From Turneriella sp. (GTDB taxonomy: Bacteria; Spirochaetota; Leptospiria; Turneriellales; Turneriellaceae): a stretch of DNA of 64,000 nt. The stretch is taken from NCBI GenBank assembly GCA_965279515.1, contig CBDIID010000003.1, positions 224,001 to 288,000 on the forward strand. Reading direction: 5' to 3'. This document shows positions 1 through 10,170 of the stretch, in pieces. A program made the translations under genes and the position numbers. Within the stretch, counting starts at the first letter, position 1; the number at the start of each line of letters is the position of its first letter. Below the pieces are notes generated by a model. The model saw only the letters and a program-made list of their open reading frames with translations, was not told the DNA's origin and searched no databases.

Positions 1-473
1 ATAATGGCGAGCGGCACAAAACCCGGATTAAAATCCACCATTTTGTACATGCTCGATGAAACTTTAAAATTACCTTCGGCGCCTTCGGGAAAGATCACGA
101 CCATATGGCCGTCGCGCAGTTTATTGAGGCCCTCTTTCAGGTCGGCTGGGAATGTACCCATGCTGCGGCTGAACGCGGCAAAGAAGCCGTTGGCAAACCA
201 GAAGTTGTGACCCATCGTGCGGGGAATCCGCTTGGTGATTTTTTTGAGCGCCATGATGAGCATGAGCACGTCGAAGCCGAGCGCGTTCGAATGGTTGGGA
301 ACAATGAGCATGCGGCCTTTACCGCCGTTGGGCAGGTTCTCCGCGCCTTCAATTTCGAGGCGGAAATACGACGCCAGTATGTCGAACATGCTGCCGGGTA
401 AAAATTTCAAAGCCCGGGCAAAAAACTGCGCGGTCTGCGTCGTATTGTCGTCCGGTCTTACAAATTTACCCAC
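1..473 (-). CDS. Lysophospholipid/1-acyl-G3P acyltransferase (PlsC family), running off the window start
   Basis: Not in the ORF track. Manual minus-strand translation from GTG at 473: MGKFVRPDD...RLEIEGAENLP...LIVPNHSNALGFD...VVIFPEG...FNPGFVPLAI. Has an NH(x)nD motif and FPEG. Confidence 0.85.
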   Translation of the reverse strand, partial: MGKFVRPDDNTTQTAQFFARALKFLPGSMFDILASYFRLEIEGAENLPNGGKGRMLIVPNHSNALGFDVLMLIMALKKITKRIPRTMGHNFWFANGFFAAFSRSMGTFPADLKEGLNKLRDGHMVVIFPEGAEGNFKVSSSMYKMVDFNPGFVPLAI

Positions 474-527
474 GGCGCACAAGGTTCCGGTTCACTAAAT
501 CACGTCAAGCAGAATGACTTTTATGGT

Positions 528-2126
528 TTGCGGTGGAGGGGGAATCTGGATTTCAGCGGTGTGGACGTATCGAAGCTGATGATCTTCTTCGGCAGCATGG
601 TGCTGCTGATGCTGCCGCTTTGGCCGCTGCAGATTCTCCGCGGCCGCGGTTTTCGTGAGCCATTTCTCGTCTATATCTGCCTGCTGTGGTTTCTGTCCTT
701 TTTCACAGGCGGATTGAACTTTGCGAGCCATATCACAATCGACGATACCGTCTATCGCTTTCGCCTGTCTTCGGGCATCTATACGCTGATTTTTGCCGCG
801 CTGCTGCTGGTTTATATTGCCGAGGGTATCAACGAAGCCCGCAAAGTGATCATGATTTCGATCGGCTGCCAGATCTTTCTCATCATCATCCAGGTATTCC
901 TCTATAGCGCGAAGGGTTCGTTTCTCAAGGAATCCGAATGGGCGCTGACGAACCAGGTGCTTGAGCCGAGGGTCTTTAACATCGGCGTCTCGATCTTCAA
1001 TACCATTCTCGATCTTTTTCTTGCTGTCGTGTTATTCCAGTTCCTGGTAAACCGGCTGAAAAAAGTCCCACTGGGTATTATCATCTTCGGTGCGCTTTGG
1101 GCGACGATGATGCTCGATTCGGTGATCTATGTGGGATTAACCCGTCCCGAGGCCTTTAAGAACCACCTGACAGGGCATGTCATCTTCAAGACTTCGCTGA
1201 TTTTGCTTCTGGTCTTTCCGCTGGCATTTTTCATACGCCGCTTTCGCAAGCAGGTAGATCTCAACCGCGGGACACTCGATATTTTCAAAAAGCTCGAAAA
1301 TCTCGAACGCGACCTCGAAAAGGCGCACAGTGAGCTGCAGGCCTATGCGCAGAACCTGGAAAAGATGGTAGAAGACAGAACGAAAGAGATCCGGGCCAAA
1401 TCGGAGATCACGCAGCGTGAACTGGAGTTGGCAACCGAAGTGCAGCAGGCCATGCTGCCGGTCTCGGATAGTCTGGCCTCTCTCCATGTCGCATCGCTCT
1501 ATCGTCCCTGCCACGAGGTATCGGGCGATCTCTACGATTATGCCGAATTGCCCGATGGGCGGTTTTTTATTTTTATTGCTGATATCTCCGGTCACGGCGT
1601 ACCGAGCGCGCTGGTTGGCGCGATGTGTAAAATGTCGCTCGGCAGCCAGGATTTTTCCCGCACCAACGCCGGAGATATTCTGAAGAAGCTGTCTGATGCC
1701 ATGAAAAAGGTTACGACCAGTCACTACCTGACAGGGATCATACTCCTGATCGATCCCAAGGCGCGCACCATTGAATACGCCAATGGCGGTCACATCCCCT
1801 GCCTTTTGCAAAGCAGTAAGTCGACATTTTTGCCGATGGAAGCGACGGGCACTGTCATCGGCTCTTTCATTACCGCGCCCTATGATTTTAAGAAGATTGC
1901 TTATCCCGCAAATACGCGGCTGGTGCTGTTCACCGATGGCATCGTAGAGCAGAAAAATGAGACACGTGAGGAGTTTGGCATCGAACGTTTTGAAAAAATT
2001 CTGATGCAGCAGCGCGAGCAGAAACCCGCTGTCGTTTTGGAAGAAATTTACCGCCAGGCTACAGAATTTGGCAAGACGGAAAAATTTGCCGATGATGTAA
2101 CATTACTCATCGCCGATTTACCGTAA
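528..2126 (+). CDS. Membrane-bound PP2C/SpoIIE (RsbU-like) phosphatase with a VUT/YhhQ-like multi-TM N-terminus and coiled-coil linker; start may be slightly downstream
   Basis: PP2C motifs GDLYD, ADISGHG, NGGH, FTDGI, DDVT; about 7 hydrophobic segments N-terminally; heptad linker LENLERDLEKAHSELQAYAQNLEKMVEDRT. Confidence 0.9.
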   Translation: MRWRGNLDFSGVDVSKLMIFFGSMVLLMLPLWPLQILRGRGFREPFLVYICLLWFLSFFTGGLNFASHITIDDTVYRFRLSSGIYTLIFAALLLVYIAEGINEARKVIMISIGCQIFLIIIQVFLYSAKGSFLKESEWALTNQVLEPRVFNIGVSIFNTILDLFLAVVLFQFLVNRLKKVPLGIIIFGALWATMMLDSVIYVGLTRPEAFKNHLTGHVIFKTSLILLLVFPLAFFIRRFRKQVDLNRGTLDIFKKLENLERDLEKAHSELQAYAQNLEKMVEDRTKEIRAKSEITQRELELATEVQQAMLPVSDSLASLHVASLYRPCHEVSGDLYDYAELPDGRFFIFIADISGHGVPSALVGAMCKMSLGSQDFSRTNAGDILKKLSDAMKKVTTSHYLTGIILLIDPKARTIEYANGGHIPCLLQSSKSTFLPMEATGTVIGSFITAPYDFKKIAYPANTRLVLFTDGIVEQKNETREEFGIERFEKILMQQREQKPAVVLEEIYRQATEFGKTEKFADDVTLLIADLP

Positions 2127-2128
2127 CT

Positions 2129-4075
2129 ATGCAGAGATTTACCGCCGCCGTTGCCGCCTATCGCGCAAATCGTTTTCTGAACGCGTTTAATCTTTTATTC
2201 GCGGGCATGGCATTACTTTACCGGCTGGGCCTCGCCTTCGGGGTCCGTTCGTCAGAAGCGGCTCCCTTTGGTACCGAGAAGGGAATCAAGACAAGTTTGC
2301 TCATTCTAACGACGATTGGCAACGACATCGTTGTCCTGATTGTCTTTAATATAATTTTTCTCGCGTTCTATCTTTTCCGGAAAAATCGGCCGGGGCACCA
2401 CCCGGTGCCCAACCAAAAGAAGACGCTCTATTTTCTCTGTGGATTTATCGCCCTGGTATTCTGGCACACGATGATCACCGGGTCGCATTTTAACCTGCTC
2501 TTTAACATGAATTCGGGATTTACCCTGGCCCTGTTCATGGAATTTTTCTCGATACTGGGCTTCCGCGCTTTTGTGACAATGCTCAGCACGCGTGACTTCG
2601 CCATACTCGTGCTACCGGTGACGGCTTTTGTATTGCTCTGGATGCGGCACCACTGGATTCCCCGCAAAAAACATATTGCGGCGGCGACCATGACTGTTTT
2701 TGTACTGCTGCTGCTCGGGCCGGTTTTGGGTTCGCAAAAGCTGCCCGACGAGCTGCGCATGAATCCGCATGCTTACTTTTTGCGCGACGTCGGGCGCACA
2801 CTTTTCAAAAAAAGCGAAGCGCTGAAGCCCGACCGCGTAACGGGCCGGGTCTACCTGGCAGACAAACTCTTTGCAAAACACAGGCCCGAAACGGATGATA
2901 GCGGGCCCAGCAGCCGCGAGTACGCCGATATCGTTGTGATCGTACTCGAAAGTAATTCTTCCGAATACATTTTCGATACCCAGAAATACGCAGGCGGCAA
3001 GATGCCCATGCCTTACCTGCATTCTTTAACTGGCAAATCTCTCTACATGAGCCGGCACTTTGCCTCAAACAACAGCTCGCCGCGCTCGATCTTCTCGATT
3101 TTTTCCGGCCTCTATGAAAGCCCCCAGACTTCGTTTTATTCCATGGAGAAGAATCTCCAGGTGCCGCACCTTGTCGATTTCCTGGGGAAAAAATATGAGT
3201 CGTTTCTTGTGACGCCCGCCGACATTAACTGGTATTTCCCGAAAGCCTGGTTCAAGAACCGCGGTTTTGCGGAGATCCACGACTACAATACCCTCAAATC
3301 CATTCCCGAGTATAAGGCCGGCCCGACTGCGGTGCGCGATGAATTTCAATCGGTGGAATTTTTCCTGAATCGTGCCACGTCGACCAGGAAACCCTTTCTC
3401 GGTGTCTATTATACATTCGTCGGGCACTGGCCTTATGCCGACGTCGCCCCCGAGCACCAGATTGTTAAGCCCGATTCGTCGCGCAGCCGCTACATCAATA
3501 ACCTGTACGCGCAGGACCAGATCGTTAAGCGGATTATTACCGGCTTCGAAAAAGCCGGCAAATTCGATAACACCATCTTCGTCATCGTCGGCGATCATGG
3601 CGAGGCATTTTACCAGCATCCCGGAAACAGGGTACATTCGGGAGAAAGTTATAATGAGAACATCGCCTCGCCGCTCGTCATTTATTCGCCGCGCTACATC
3701 ATCTCGCAGCGCATAGATTACCCGACGGTGCATGCCGACATTGTGCCGACGCTGCTCGATACCCTCGGCATCCCTTACCGCAAAGAACAGTTCCAGGGCG
3801 AATCGCTGAATGCCAAACCCGCCCGGCGCTATGTCTTCTCCTATGGCAATGAGAATACCCTGACTGCGGTTTCAGGCGACCTCAAAAAAATGCAGATCCT
3901 GCGCAAAGATGAAGGCGGCTGCCGTTATTTCGACCTGAAACGCGACGCCGCCGAACTCAACAATACCGCATGCCCTACGGGGTCAGATCACTATAGGGCG
4001 ATTGAAGCGTTCTTTCGTGTGCAGCCCGGCGTGATCAAAGGTTATAACGAGCTCTGCAACCGCACGGGCTGCTGA
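2129..4075 (+). CDS. LTA synthase/sulfatase family membrane protein
   Basis: About 5 N-terminal TM segments, then VVIVLES, HWPY, VGDHGE, DIVPTLLD alkaline-phosphatase-superfamily motifs. Confidence 0.85.
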   Translation: MQRFTAAVAAYRANRFLNAFNLLFAGMALLYRLGLAFGVRSSEAAPFGTEKGIKTSLLILTTIGNDIVVLIVFNIIFLAFYLFRKNRPGHHPVPNQKKTLYFLCGFIALVFWHTMITGSHFNLLFNMNSGFTLALFMEFFSILGFRAFVTMLSTRDFAILVLPVTAFVLLWMRHHWIPRKKHIAAATMTVFVLLLLGPVLGSQKLPDELRMNPHAYFLRDVGRTLFKKSEALKPDRVTGRVYLADKLFAKHRPETDDSGPSSREYADIVVIVLESNSSEYIFDTQKYAGGKMPMPYLHSLTGKSLYMSRHFASNNSSPRSIFSIFSGLYESPQTSFYSMEKNLQVPHLVDFLGKKYESFLVTPADINWYFPKAWFKNRGFAEIHDYNTLKSIPEYKAGPTAVRDEFQSVEFFLNRATSTRKPFLGVYYTFVGHWPYADVAPEHQIVKPDSSRSRYINNLYAQDQIVKRIITGFEKAGKFDNTIFVIVGDHGEAFYQHPGNRVHSGESYNENIASPLVIYSPRYIISQRIDYPTVHADIVPTLLDTLGIPYRKEQFQGESLNAKPARRYVFSYGNENTLTAVSGDLKKMQILRKDEGGCRYFDLKRDAAELNNTACPTGSDHYRAIEAFFRVQPGVIKGYNELCNRTGC

Positions 4076-4222
4076 TCGCAGCACAAGGGGAAATCCCACT
4101 TATGACGCCCTGCATTAATTTTCGGATTTATTTTGTGTCGTTTTTCGGCCGCCCACACGTCTAATAAAGCAAGCTGGGTTGACATGAGACCCCTAAGATG
4201 GGACTCAGCCAACCCACCATTA

Positions 4223-4237
4223 TGGCACAAATATTGC
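4223..4237 (+). promoter_or_regulatory. Putative sigma-54 (-24/-12) promoter
   Basis: TGGCAC-AAATA-TTGC matches TGGCAC-N5-TTGC with exact spacing, 60-75 nt upstream of the next CDS. Confidence 0.65.
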
Positions 4238-4312
4238 CGCAACGAAACCACAACTTTACGGCGCCGGATGCCGACGTTATAGTGAACGGGAATCCGGGGG
4301 ATGGGGAGTGAT

Positions 4313-5146
4313 ATGAGCAAAGCCGTACTTTTCCTGATTTCGCTGATCTATCCCCTGACTGAATTTGAATTTTCAGATACCGGCACTACCGGCAACATCA
4401 AACGTGTCGTCGCCATTGCCGTCGACGGCGTGCGTGAAAGCGAAGCGGCGCCGGTCTTTCAGGAGTTCCAGAAAAAAATGACCGAACTCGGTCTCTATTC
4501 GTTCTGGCGCGGCAAGAACCATAAGTGCGTTCCCTCGCAGGAATCGAACATGTCGCTGCCGGCCTATGCGAGCGTCTTTTCAGGGCATGCGCAGAAAAAT
4601 ATCATCGATAACAGGTTCCAGGGCAAACTCTTGCACAAGACCCTGTTTGACGAATACCCCGATTCACAGCTCTTCTCTGCCTGGAACCCCATCGTCAACG
4701 GTGTTTCCAACGATATCCAGACATTGGGTCGCGCCTATATTTCCGGGTCGGGCAATAAACCCGGCGAAGATATCTGGGTGATGTCGAGCTTTCGCCTGGT
4801 GCACGACTTCACCAACCGTTTCCTGTTTGTGCACCTCGGCGATGCGGATGAATACGCGCATGTCAATCACTGGCAGGGGTATAACGATGCGGTGAAGCAT
4901 GAAGCTGATTATGTCCATGAAATCATACAGACCTCAGAGATCGCCGGTATGAAAGAAACGGTATATTTTATTTTTTCAGACCACAGCCGGGGCGACTGGA
5001 ACTGGCAGGAACACGGTTATACCGTTCCGGGAAGCCATGCGATGTGGATTATGGAAGTGAATCCCGGTGGCAGGCCCTTGATGACCGCCGAATGCAATCA
5101 CATTCAATTGCACGCGGCGATCGAGAAAACTATCCGCGGCCGTTAA
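4313..5146 (+). CDS. Alkaline phosphatase superfamily protein (nucleotide pyrophosphatase/phosphodiesterase-like), probably exported; alternative start 4301
   Basis: [19 protein letters not shown] (Ser nucleophile position), [14 protein letters not shown] motifs; hydrophobic N-terminus. Confidence 0.75.
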   Translation: MSKAVLFLISLIYPLTEFEFSDTGTTGNIKRVVAIAVDGVRESEAAPVFQEFQKKMTELGLYSFWRGKNHKCVPSQESNMSLPAYASVFSGHAQKNIIDNRFQGKLLHKTLFDEYPDSQLFSAWNPIVNGVSNDIQTLGRAYISGSGNKPGEDIWVMSSFRLVHDFTNRFLFVHLGDADEYAHVNHWQGYNDAVKHEADYVHEIIQTSEIAGMKETVYFIFSDHSRGDWNWQEHGYTVPGSHAMWIMEVNPGGRPLMTAECNHIQLHAAIEKTIRGR

Positions 5147-6357
5147 AACAGCAGTAAGCGTACCGGATCTTCAATAGCCTGTTTGACTTTGACGAGAAAG
5201 GTCACGGCTTCTTTGCCGTCGACGATACGGTGATCGTATGACAGCGCAATATACATCATCGGGCGGATTTCCACTTTGTCGACGCCGCCGTCGCTGACAA
5301 CGACAGCCCGCTTCACAATGTTGTGCATGCCAAGAATACCGCTCTGGGGGGGATTCAGAATCGGCGTCGACATCATCGAACCGTAGATGCCGCCGTTCGA
5401 GATCGTGAATGTGCCGCCTTCCATTTCGGGCAGCGTGATACTGCCTTCTTTGACGCGCAGCGCGAGGCGCGAAATCTCCATTTCAATTTCAGCAAAGTTC
5501 ATCTGATCGGCGTTGCGCACGATCGGTACCACGAGGCCTTTGGGGCCGCCGACAGCGACACCGACATCATAATAATTCTTATAGATAATATCGCTGCCCC
5601 GGATTTCGGCGTTGATAGCGGGGATCTCTTGCAGCGCTGCCGTGACGGCTTTCGTGAAAAGGCTCATGAAGCCGATTTTGACGCCGTATTTTTTCTGGAA
5701 TTCGTCGTTATGCTTCGTGCGCAGATCCATCGCCGGTTTCATATCGACTTCGTTGAAGGTCGTGAGAATCGCTGCCGTCTGCTGCGCCGATACCAGGCGT
5801 TCAGCAATGGCACGGCGCAGGCGTGACATGGGCTGCACGGTTTCGCGTTCGCCGGGTTTTCTCTGAATCTGTGTTACGGCGGGTTGTGCGGGAGCAGGGG
5901 CTGCGGCCGCGGGCTTATTGGCTATCGCACCGAGGACATCCCCCTTCGTCACCTGGCCATGTTTGCCGCTGCCCTGAAGAGCTGCGGCATCAATATTATT
6001 TTCAATGGCAATCTTCTTCGCAGCTGGGGGCAGGGTTTCTGCCATCGGCGATTTTGCCGCCGCCTGTGGTGCAGCCGGGGTTGGGGCAGGGGCGCTGGCA
6101 GCCGCGGTGGCGACGCCAGCCGAATCGATGATGGCGACAACTTCGCCGACCTTTGCATTCGCGCCTTGCGCTTTCGCGAGTTTCTTAACAACGCCGCCGG
6201 CCGGCGCGTAAATTTCCTGGGTTACCTTATCGGTTTCGATTTCAAAGAGCGCTTCGTCTGCTTTGATTGCCTCGCCTTCTTTTTTGAACCATTTTGAAAT
6301 AGTGCCTTCACTGATCGATTCCCCCATTGCGGGAATCTTAACCTCGATATCTGCCAT
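5143..6357 (-). CDS. sucB: Dihydrolipoyllysine-residue succinyltransferase (2-oxoglutarate dehydrogenase E2)
   Basis: Lipoyl motif IETDKV, E3-binding [21 protein letters not shown], catalytic SYDHRIVDG. Confidence 0.97.
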   Translation of the reverse strand: MADIEVKIPAMGESISEGTISKWFKKEGEAIKADEALFEIETDKVTQEIYAPAGGVVKKLAKAQGANAKVGEVVAIIDSAGVATAAASAPAPTPAAPQAAAKSPMAETLPPAAKKIAIENNIDAAALQGSGKHGQVTKGDVLGAIANKPAAAAPAPAQPAVTQIQRKPGERETVQPMSRLRRAIAERLVSAQQTAAILTTFNEVDMKPAMDLRTKHNDEFQKKYGVKIGFMSLFTKAVTAALQEIPAINAEIRGSDIIYKNYYDVGVAVGGPKGLVVPIVRNADQMNFAEIEMEISRLALRVKEGSITLPEMEGGTFTISNGGIYGSMMSTPILNPPQSGILGMHNIVKRAVVVSDGGVDKVEIRPMMYIALSYDHRIVDGKEAVTFLVKVKQAIEDPVRLLLF

Positions 6358-6423
6358 AAATGGGAGACGTAACTTGCTGTCGGCGCGTCAATCGAATAGC
6401 GGGGCTGCATTGCCCCGCCCCAA

Positions 6424-7371
6424 TCAGAAGTCGACGTGCAGGTTCAGGCCGAACAGCAGGCGTATGCCTTCGAAGTTCATGATCTTCGGTGCACCCTGGT
6501 TATAACTGCCGTCGGTCTTTTTTTCGTCGCCTGGGTTATTACTCAGATCGGAAAATCCGCCCGGCTTGTCGGTGCTGCTCGAGAGGCCGGTATTCTGCAA
6601 TTTATCGACAAAGCCGCCACGGGCACCGGATTGATACAATAAATCGACGTGTACGGAAAACCGGGAACCGATGCGGCGCTGCATACCGATGATGAATGTC
6701 GGACCATAGGCGAGGCCTTCGATGCGGTCGACGTCGTTTTTGGTATATGCGGCGGTTGTTGAGCTTGCAGCCCCTGCTTCATTGACGCTCTTCTCGATGC
6801 GCCCCCAGTAAAGGGTTGGGCCGCCGCCGATATAGAGCGTATTTTCTTTCGAAATCGGAATATCGAACATAAAGAGCAAGGGCACCTGCACCTGTGTTAC
6901 GCGCAGGTCGGAAGTATAGATCTTTTCAAAGCCGGCAGATTTGTCATTATACTGGTTGCTGATTGCAATAGGGAAGTCATAGGTGCCGTGAATTCTAATG
7001 CGCAGGAAGTCGAAGAAAACTGTCTGGATGCTCAAGCCGGCTGGTACTGCATAAACCACGGCGGATTGCGCCTGAATCTGCGCCTGCGGCGATGAAGATG
7101 TCGAGTTGATCGCATTCACTGTGGTGTTCATGGTGGTGACGTCGTCTTGCACGTACTGATTGCTCTGGATCGGGTTTGTCTGCACACCCGTCATGATACC
7201 GATCTGGAGCCTGAATTTGGAATCTTTAATTTTAGATTCGGATTTCAGAACTTCTTCCGGCGCAGCAGGGGCCGCAGCTGCCGCAGCAGGTTTTGGTTGC
7301 GGTTTTGCATAAACTGCAAAACCCGTGAGCACCAGGCTCGTCAAAGAGACAGAAAATACGTTGCGTAACAT
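6424..7371 (-). CDS. Outer-membrane beta-barrel protein (porin-like, possibly related to leptospiral OmpL1)
   Basis: Signal peptide, Ala/Pro linker, amphipathic strands (LYIGGGPTLYWG, RFSVHVDLLY), terminal GLNLHVDF ending in Phe. Confidence 0.6.
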   Translation of the reverse strand: MLRNVFSVSLTSLVLTGFAVYAKPQPKPAAAAAAPAAPEEVLKSESKIKDSKFRLQIGIMTGVQTNPIQSNQYVQDDVTTMNTTVNAINSTSSSPQAQIQAQSAVVYAVPAGLSIQTVFFDFLRIRIHGTYDFPIAISNQYNDKSAGFEKIYTSDLRVTQVQVPLLFMFDIPISKENTLYIGGGPTLYWGRIEKSVNEAGAASSTTAAYTKNDVDRIEGLAYGPTFIIGMQRRIGSRFSVHVDLLYQSGARGGFVDKLQNTGLSSSTDKPGGFSDLSNNPGDEKKTDGSYNQGAPKIMNFEGIRLLFGLNLHVDF

Positions 7372-7485
7372 CCGGGCAGCTTAGCGAAGACAGCTGGCCT
7401 TTCAACCTATTTTTGGCGCGTCCGGCGCGAACTTTGCGGTGCATAAATTCCTTTGCCCCCTGTCGCACATCGAAAGTTGAGCAGT

Positions 7486-8748
7486 ATGCCTTATCCCCTC
7501 ATTCAGGCAGCAGATGCTGAGGTTTTCGCGGCGCTTAAAGCCGAAGACGACCGCCAAAACTCCCACCTCGAACTGATTGCGTCCGAAAATTTTGTCTCCC
7601 GTCCGGTGCTCGAAGCCTATACTTCGACGCTCACCAATAAATACGCAGAGGGCTATCCCGGTAAACGTTATTATGGTGGCTGCGGGCCATCGGATATGGT
7701 CGAGAATATTGCCATCGAACGCCTCAAGAAAATTTTTAACGCGCGGTTTGCCAACGTGCAGCCGCACAGCGGTGCATCGGCCAACCTCGCCGCCTTTTAC
7801 GCCACGCTGCAACCGGGCGACACGTATCTCGGGATGGATCTCTCGCATGGCGGTCACCTGACGCATGGCAGTGCGGTCAACTTTTCAGGCCTGTATTATA
7901 AACCCATTGCTTACGGCGTCGATCCCACAACCCACCTCATTGATTATGGCCAGGTCGAAAAACTTGCACTCGAACATAAACCGAAACTGATCATCGTTGG
8001 GGCATCTGCATACCCGCGTATCATCGATTTCCCGCGCTTTAGGCAGATCGCTGACAAGATCGGCGCCAAGGTCATGGTCGATATGGCGCACATCGCAGGC
8101 CTTGTCGCCGCGGGATTGCATCCGTCGCCTGTCGAATATGCCGACATCGTCACCTCGACCACGCACAAAACCCTGCGCGGACCCCGGGGCGGTATCATTC
8201 TCACCAATAGCGAAGAGATGATAAAAATTCTGAACTCGCGGGTGTTTCCCGGTGTGCAGGGCGGGCCGCTCATGCACGTCATTGCCGCAAAGGCTGTCGC
8301 CTTCGGCGAGGCATTGCAGGGCGATTTCAAGGCATACCAGCAGAATGTCGTCGCCAACGCGAAAACTCTCGCCGAACGGCTTGTGGAACGCAAGTTTGCA
8401 CTGGTCTCTGGCGGCACCGACAATCACCTGATGATCGTGAATACTTTCGATACTAAGGGAATCACAGGCAAAGACGCACAAGCGATGCTCGAAGCGGCGA
8501 ATATCACCACAAACAAGAATATGCTGCCCTATGATAAGAATAAGCCGGCGATTGCCAGCGGTATCCGCCTGGGTTCCCCGGCGCTGACGACCCGTGGCTT
8601 CGGCAAAGACGAATTCATCGAAACGGCAGATATTATCGCCGACATACTCGAAGCCAAGGGCAGCGACGACGCGCTGGCCAAAGGCCGCGAGCGTGTCGCA
8701 GCACTTTGCGCGAAATACCCGATGAAAAAATTCCGCCTCTGGGATTAA
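7486..8748 (+). CDS. glyA: Serine hydroxymethyltransferase
   Basis: [33 protein letters not shown] (PLP Lys), FPGVQGGP. Confidence 0.98.
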   Translation: MPYPLIQAADAEVFAALKAEDDRQNSHLELIASENFVSRPVLEAYTSTLTNKYAEGYPGKRYYGGCGPSDMVENIAIERLKKIFNARFANVQPHSGASANLAAFYATLQPGDTYLGMDLSHGGHLTHGSAVNFSGLYYKPIAYGVDPTTHLIDYGQVEKLALEHKPKLIIVGASAYPRIIDFPRFRQIADKIGAKVMVDMAHIAGLVAAGLHPSPVEYADIVTSTTHKTLRGPRGGIILTNSEEMIKILNSRVFPGVQGGPLMHVIAAKAVAFGEALQGDFKAYQQNVVANAKTLAERLVERKFALVSGGTDNHLMIVNTFDTKGITGKDAQAMLEAANITTNKNMLPYDKNKPAIASGIRLGSPALTTRGFGKDEFIETADIIADILEAKGSDDALAKGRERVAALCAKYPMKKFRLWD

Positions 8749-8753
8749 CGCCG

Positions 8754-9191
8754 ATGCGGCCGCAGACCCTGCTCCTGACGTTATCAGCGCCGACGCTGCT
8801 CTTTGCAGCAGGCCTCTCTGTGGCCGAGAAAAAGGCCGTGCGGCGTGAGATGATCGAGATGGATATCGCCGCCCGCAACCTGACCAGTATCATCGCCACA
8901 TCGGAAAAGAAAATGCTCGAAGATTCGCTCGAGCGCCTCATCACCTGGCAGATCAAAGACCATCCCGAGCACGGTAAAAATTTCCGTTCGGCGCTCAGCC
9001 GCTGGGAAAGCAAAGGCGCGCTGAAATACGGCAAGCAGGTTCAGACAGAAGCAAACGCCATGCGCTCTTATGCAGCGAGCCGCGGTAAATTTACTGCCGC
9101 TGACTGGACGCGCATCGCTAACGGTCTCAATAAAATACTCACAGCCTGCCAGGGCTGCCACGATCTCACACGCAAGGAAAACACCCCATGA
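8754..9191 (+). CDS. Exported class II (cytochrome c'-like) monoheme cytochrome
   Basis: Signal peptide, helical sequence, single CxxCH (CQGCH) about 10 aa from the C-terminus. Confidence 0.65.
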   Translation: MRPQTLLLTLSAPTLLFAAGLSVAEKKAVRREMIEMDIAARNLTSIIATSEKKMLEDSLERLITWQIKDHPEHGKNFRSALSRWESKGALKYGKQVQTEANAMRSYAASRGKFTAADWTRIANGLNKILTACQGCHDLTRKENTP

Positions 9192-10150
9192 AAAAATTCT
9201 ACGAAAGCTATTTCAAGCTGCACCAGCGCATCCAGAAGAACCGGTTCCTCGCGGGGATTGCCTCATTAGGCTGGCTGATTGCCTTCGTTTTTGCCATCAA
9301 GACCAGTGTGCTCGATGCCAATAATATTCCCTCGCCGTCTATGGAGCCGACGCTCATGATCGGGGATTTCCTGTTTGTGAATAAGATGCGCTATACGCTC
9401 GACCTGCCTTACACCAATATTCACCTGTTGCGCATTGCCTATCCCGAGCGCGGCGATATTGTGACTTTCACGCCGCCGCAGGATTCGGCTTCTTACGTCA
9501 ATAAAACCCTCGTCAAACGCGTCGTCGGTGTGCCGGGCGATACGCTTGAAGTCAATGACCATGAAATCACGATTTCAGGCGTGAAGTATCCGACCTCGAA
9601 AACGGAAAACGAACCCCTGCTGAGGACCTTACAAAACGGCAGAACCTCGGAATCCGAACAACTCTACACAGAGAATATTATCGATCCGAAGACGGGCAAG
9701 CTGATTGTCAGCCATTACATGATGAAAAGAAGAGGCGGGGGCGACACCGTCATGTCTTCACCGGGCCGCAAATGGGTGATACCGCCGCGCAAATACCTCA
9801 TGATGGGTGACAACCGCGACCACAGCTCCGATGGCCGTGCCTGCGAGATGGTTGAGACAAAACACCGCCGCGCCTGCGGCGAGTTCAATAACTGCCAGGC
9901 CGACGTCATCACGGGGCATAAAACAGAACAGCAGTGCATCCTCATCTATTCGCAGGCCGAGGGACAGACCTGGGGCCTCATCGACGCGGACAAGATCCAT
10001 GGCAAGGTCTATCTTTCGTATTTATCCGTAAACTGGGGTACCGGCACGAACAGTGAGCTGAACCCGATTGTAAATCTCATGAAAACCATCAGCGGCGATT
10101 TCACCGGCGTCTATGTACGCTGGGAGAGAACTTTTAGAAGGATTTACTAA
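9188..10150 (+). CDS. lepB: Signal peptidase I
   Basis: IPSPSMEPTL (Ser), RGDIVTF, LVKRVVGVPGD (Lys), MMGDNRDHSSDGR. Confidence 0.95.
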   Translation: MKKFYESYFKLHQRIQKNRFLAGIASLGWLIAFVFAIKTSVLDANNIPSPSMEPTLMIGDFLFVNKMRYTLDLPYTNIHLLRIAYPERGDIVTFTPPQDSASYVNKTLVKRVVGVPGDTLEVNDHEITISGVKYPTSKTENEPLLRTLQNGRTSESEQLYTENIIDPKTGKLIVSHYMMKRRGGGDTVMSSPGRKWVIPPRKYLMMGDNRDHSSDGRACEMVETKHRRACGEFNNCQADVITGHKTEQQCILIYSQAEGQTWGLIDADKIHGKVYLSYLSVNWGTGTNSELNPIVNLMKTISGDFTGVYVRWERTFRRIY

Positions 10151-10170
10151 AAACCGATAATAAAGGAGAT

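Noticed and set aside
4179..4199. TTGACA...TAAGAT as a sigma-70 promoter
   Set aside because: Spacer is only 9 nt; the sigma-54 site nearby fits better.
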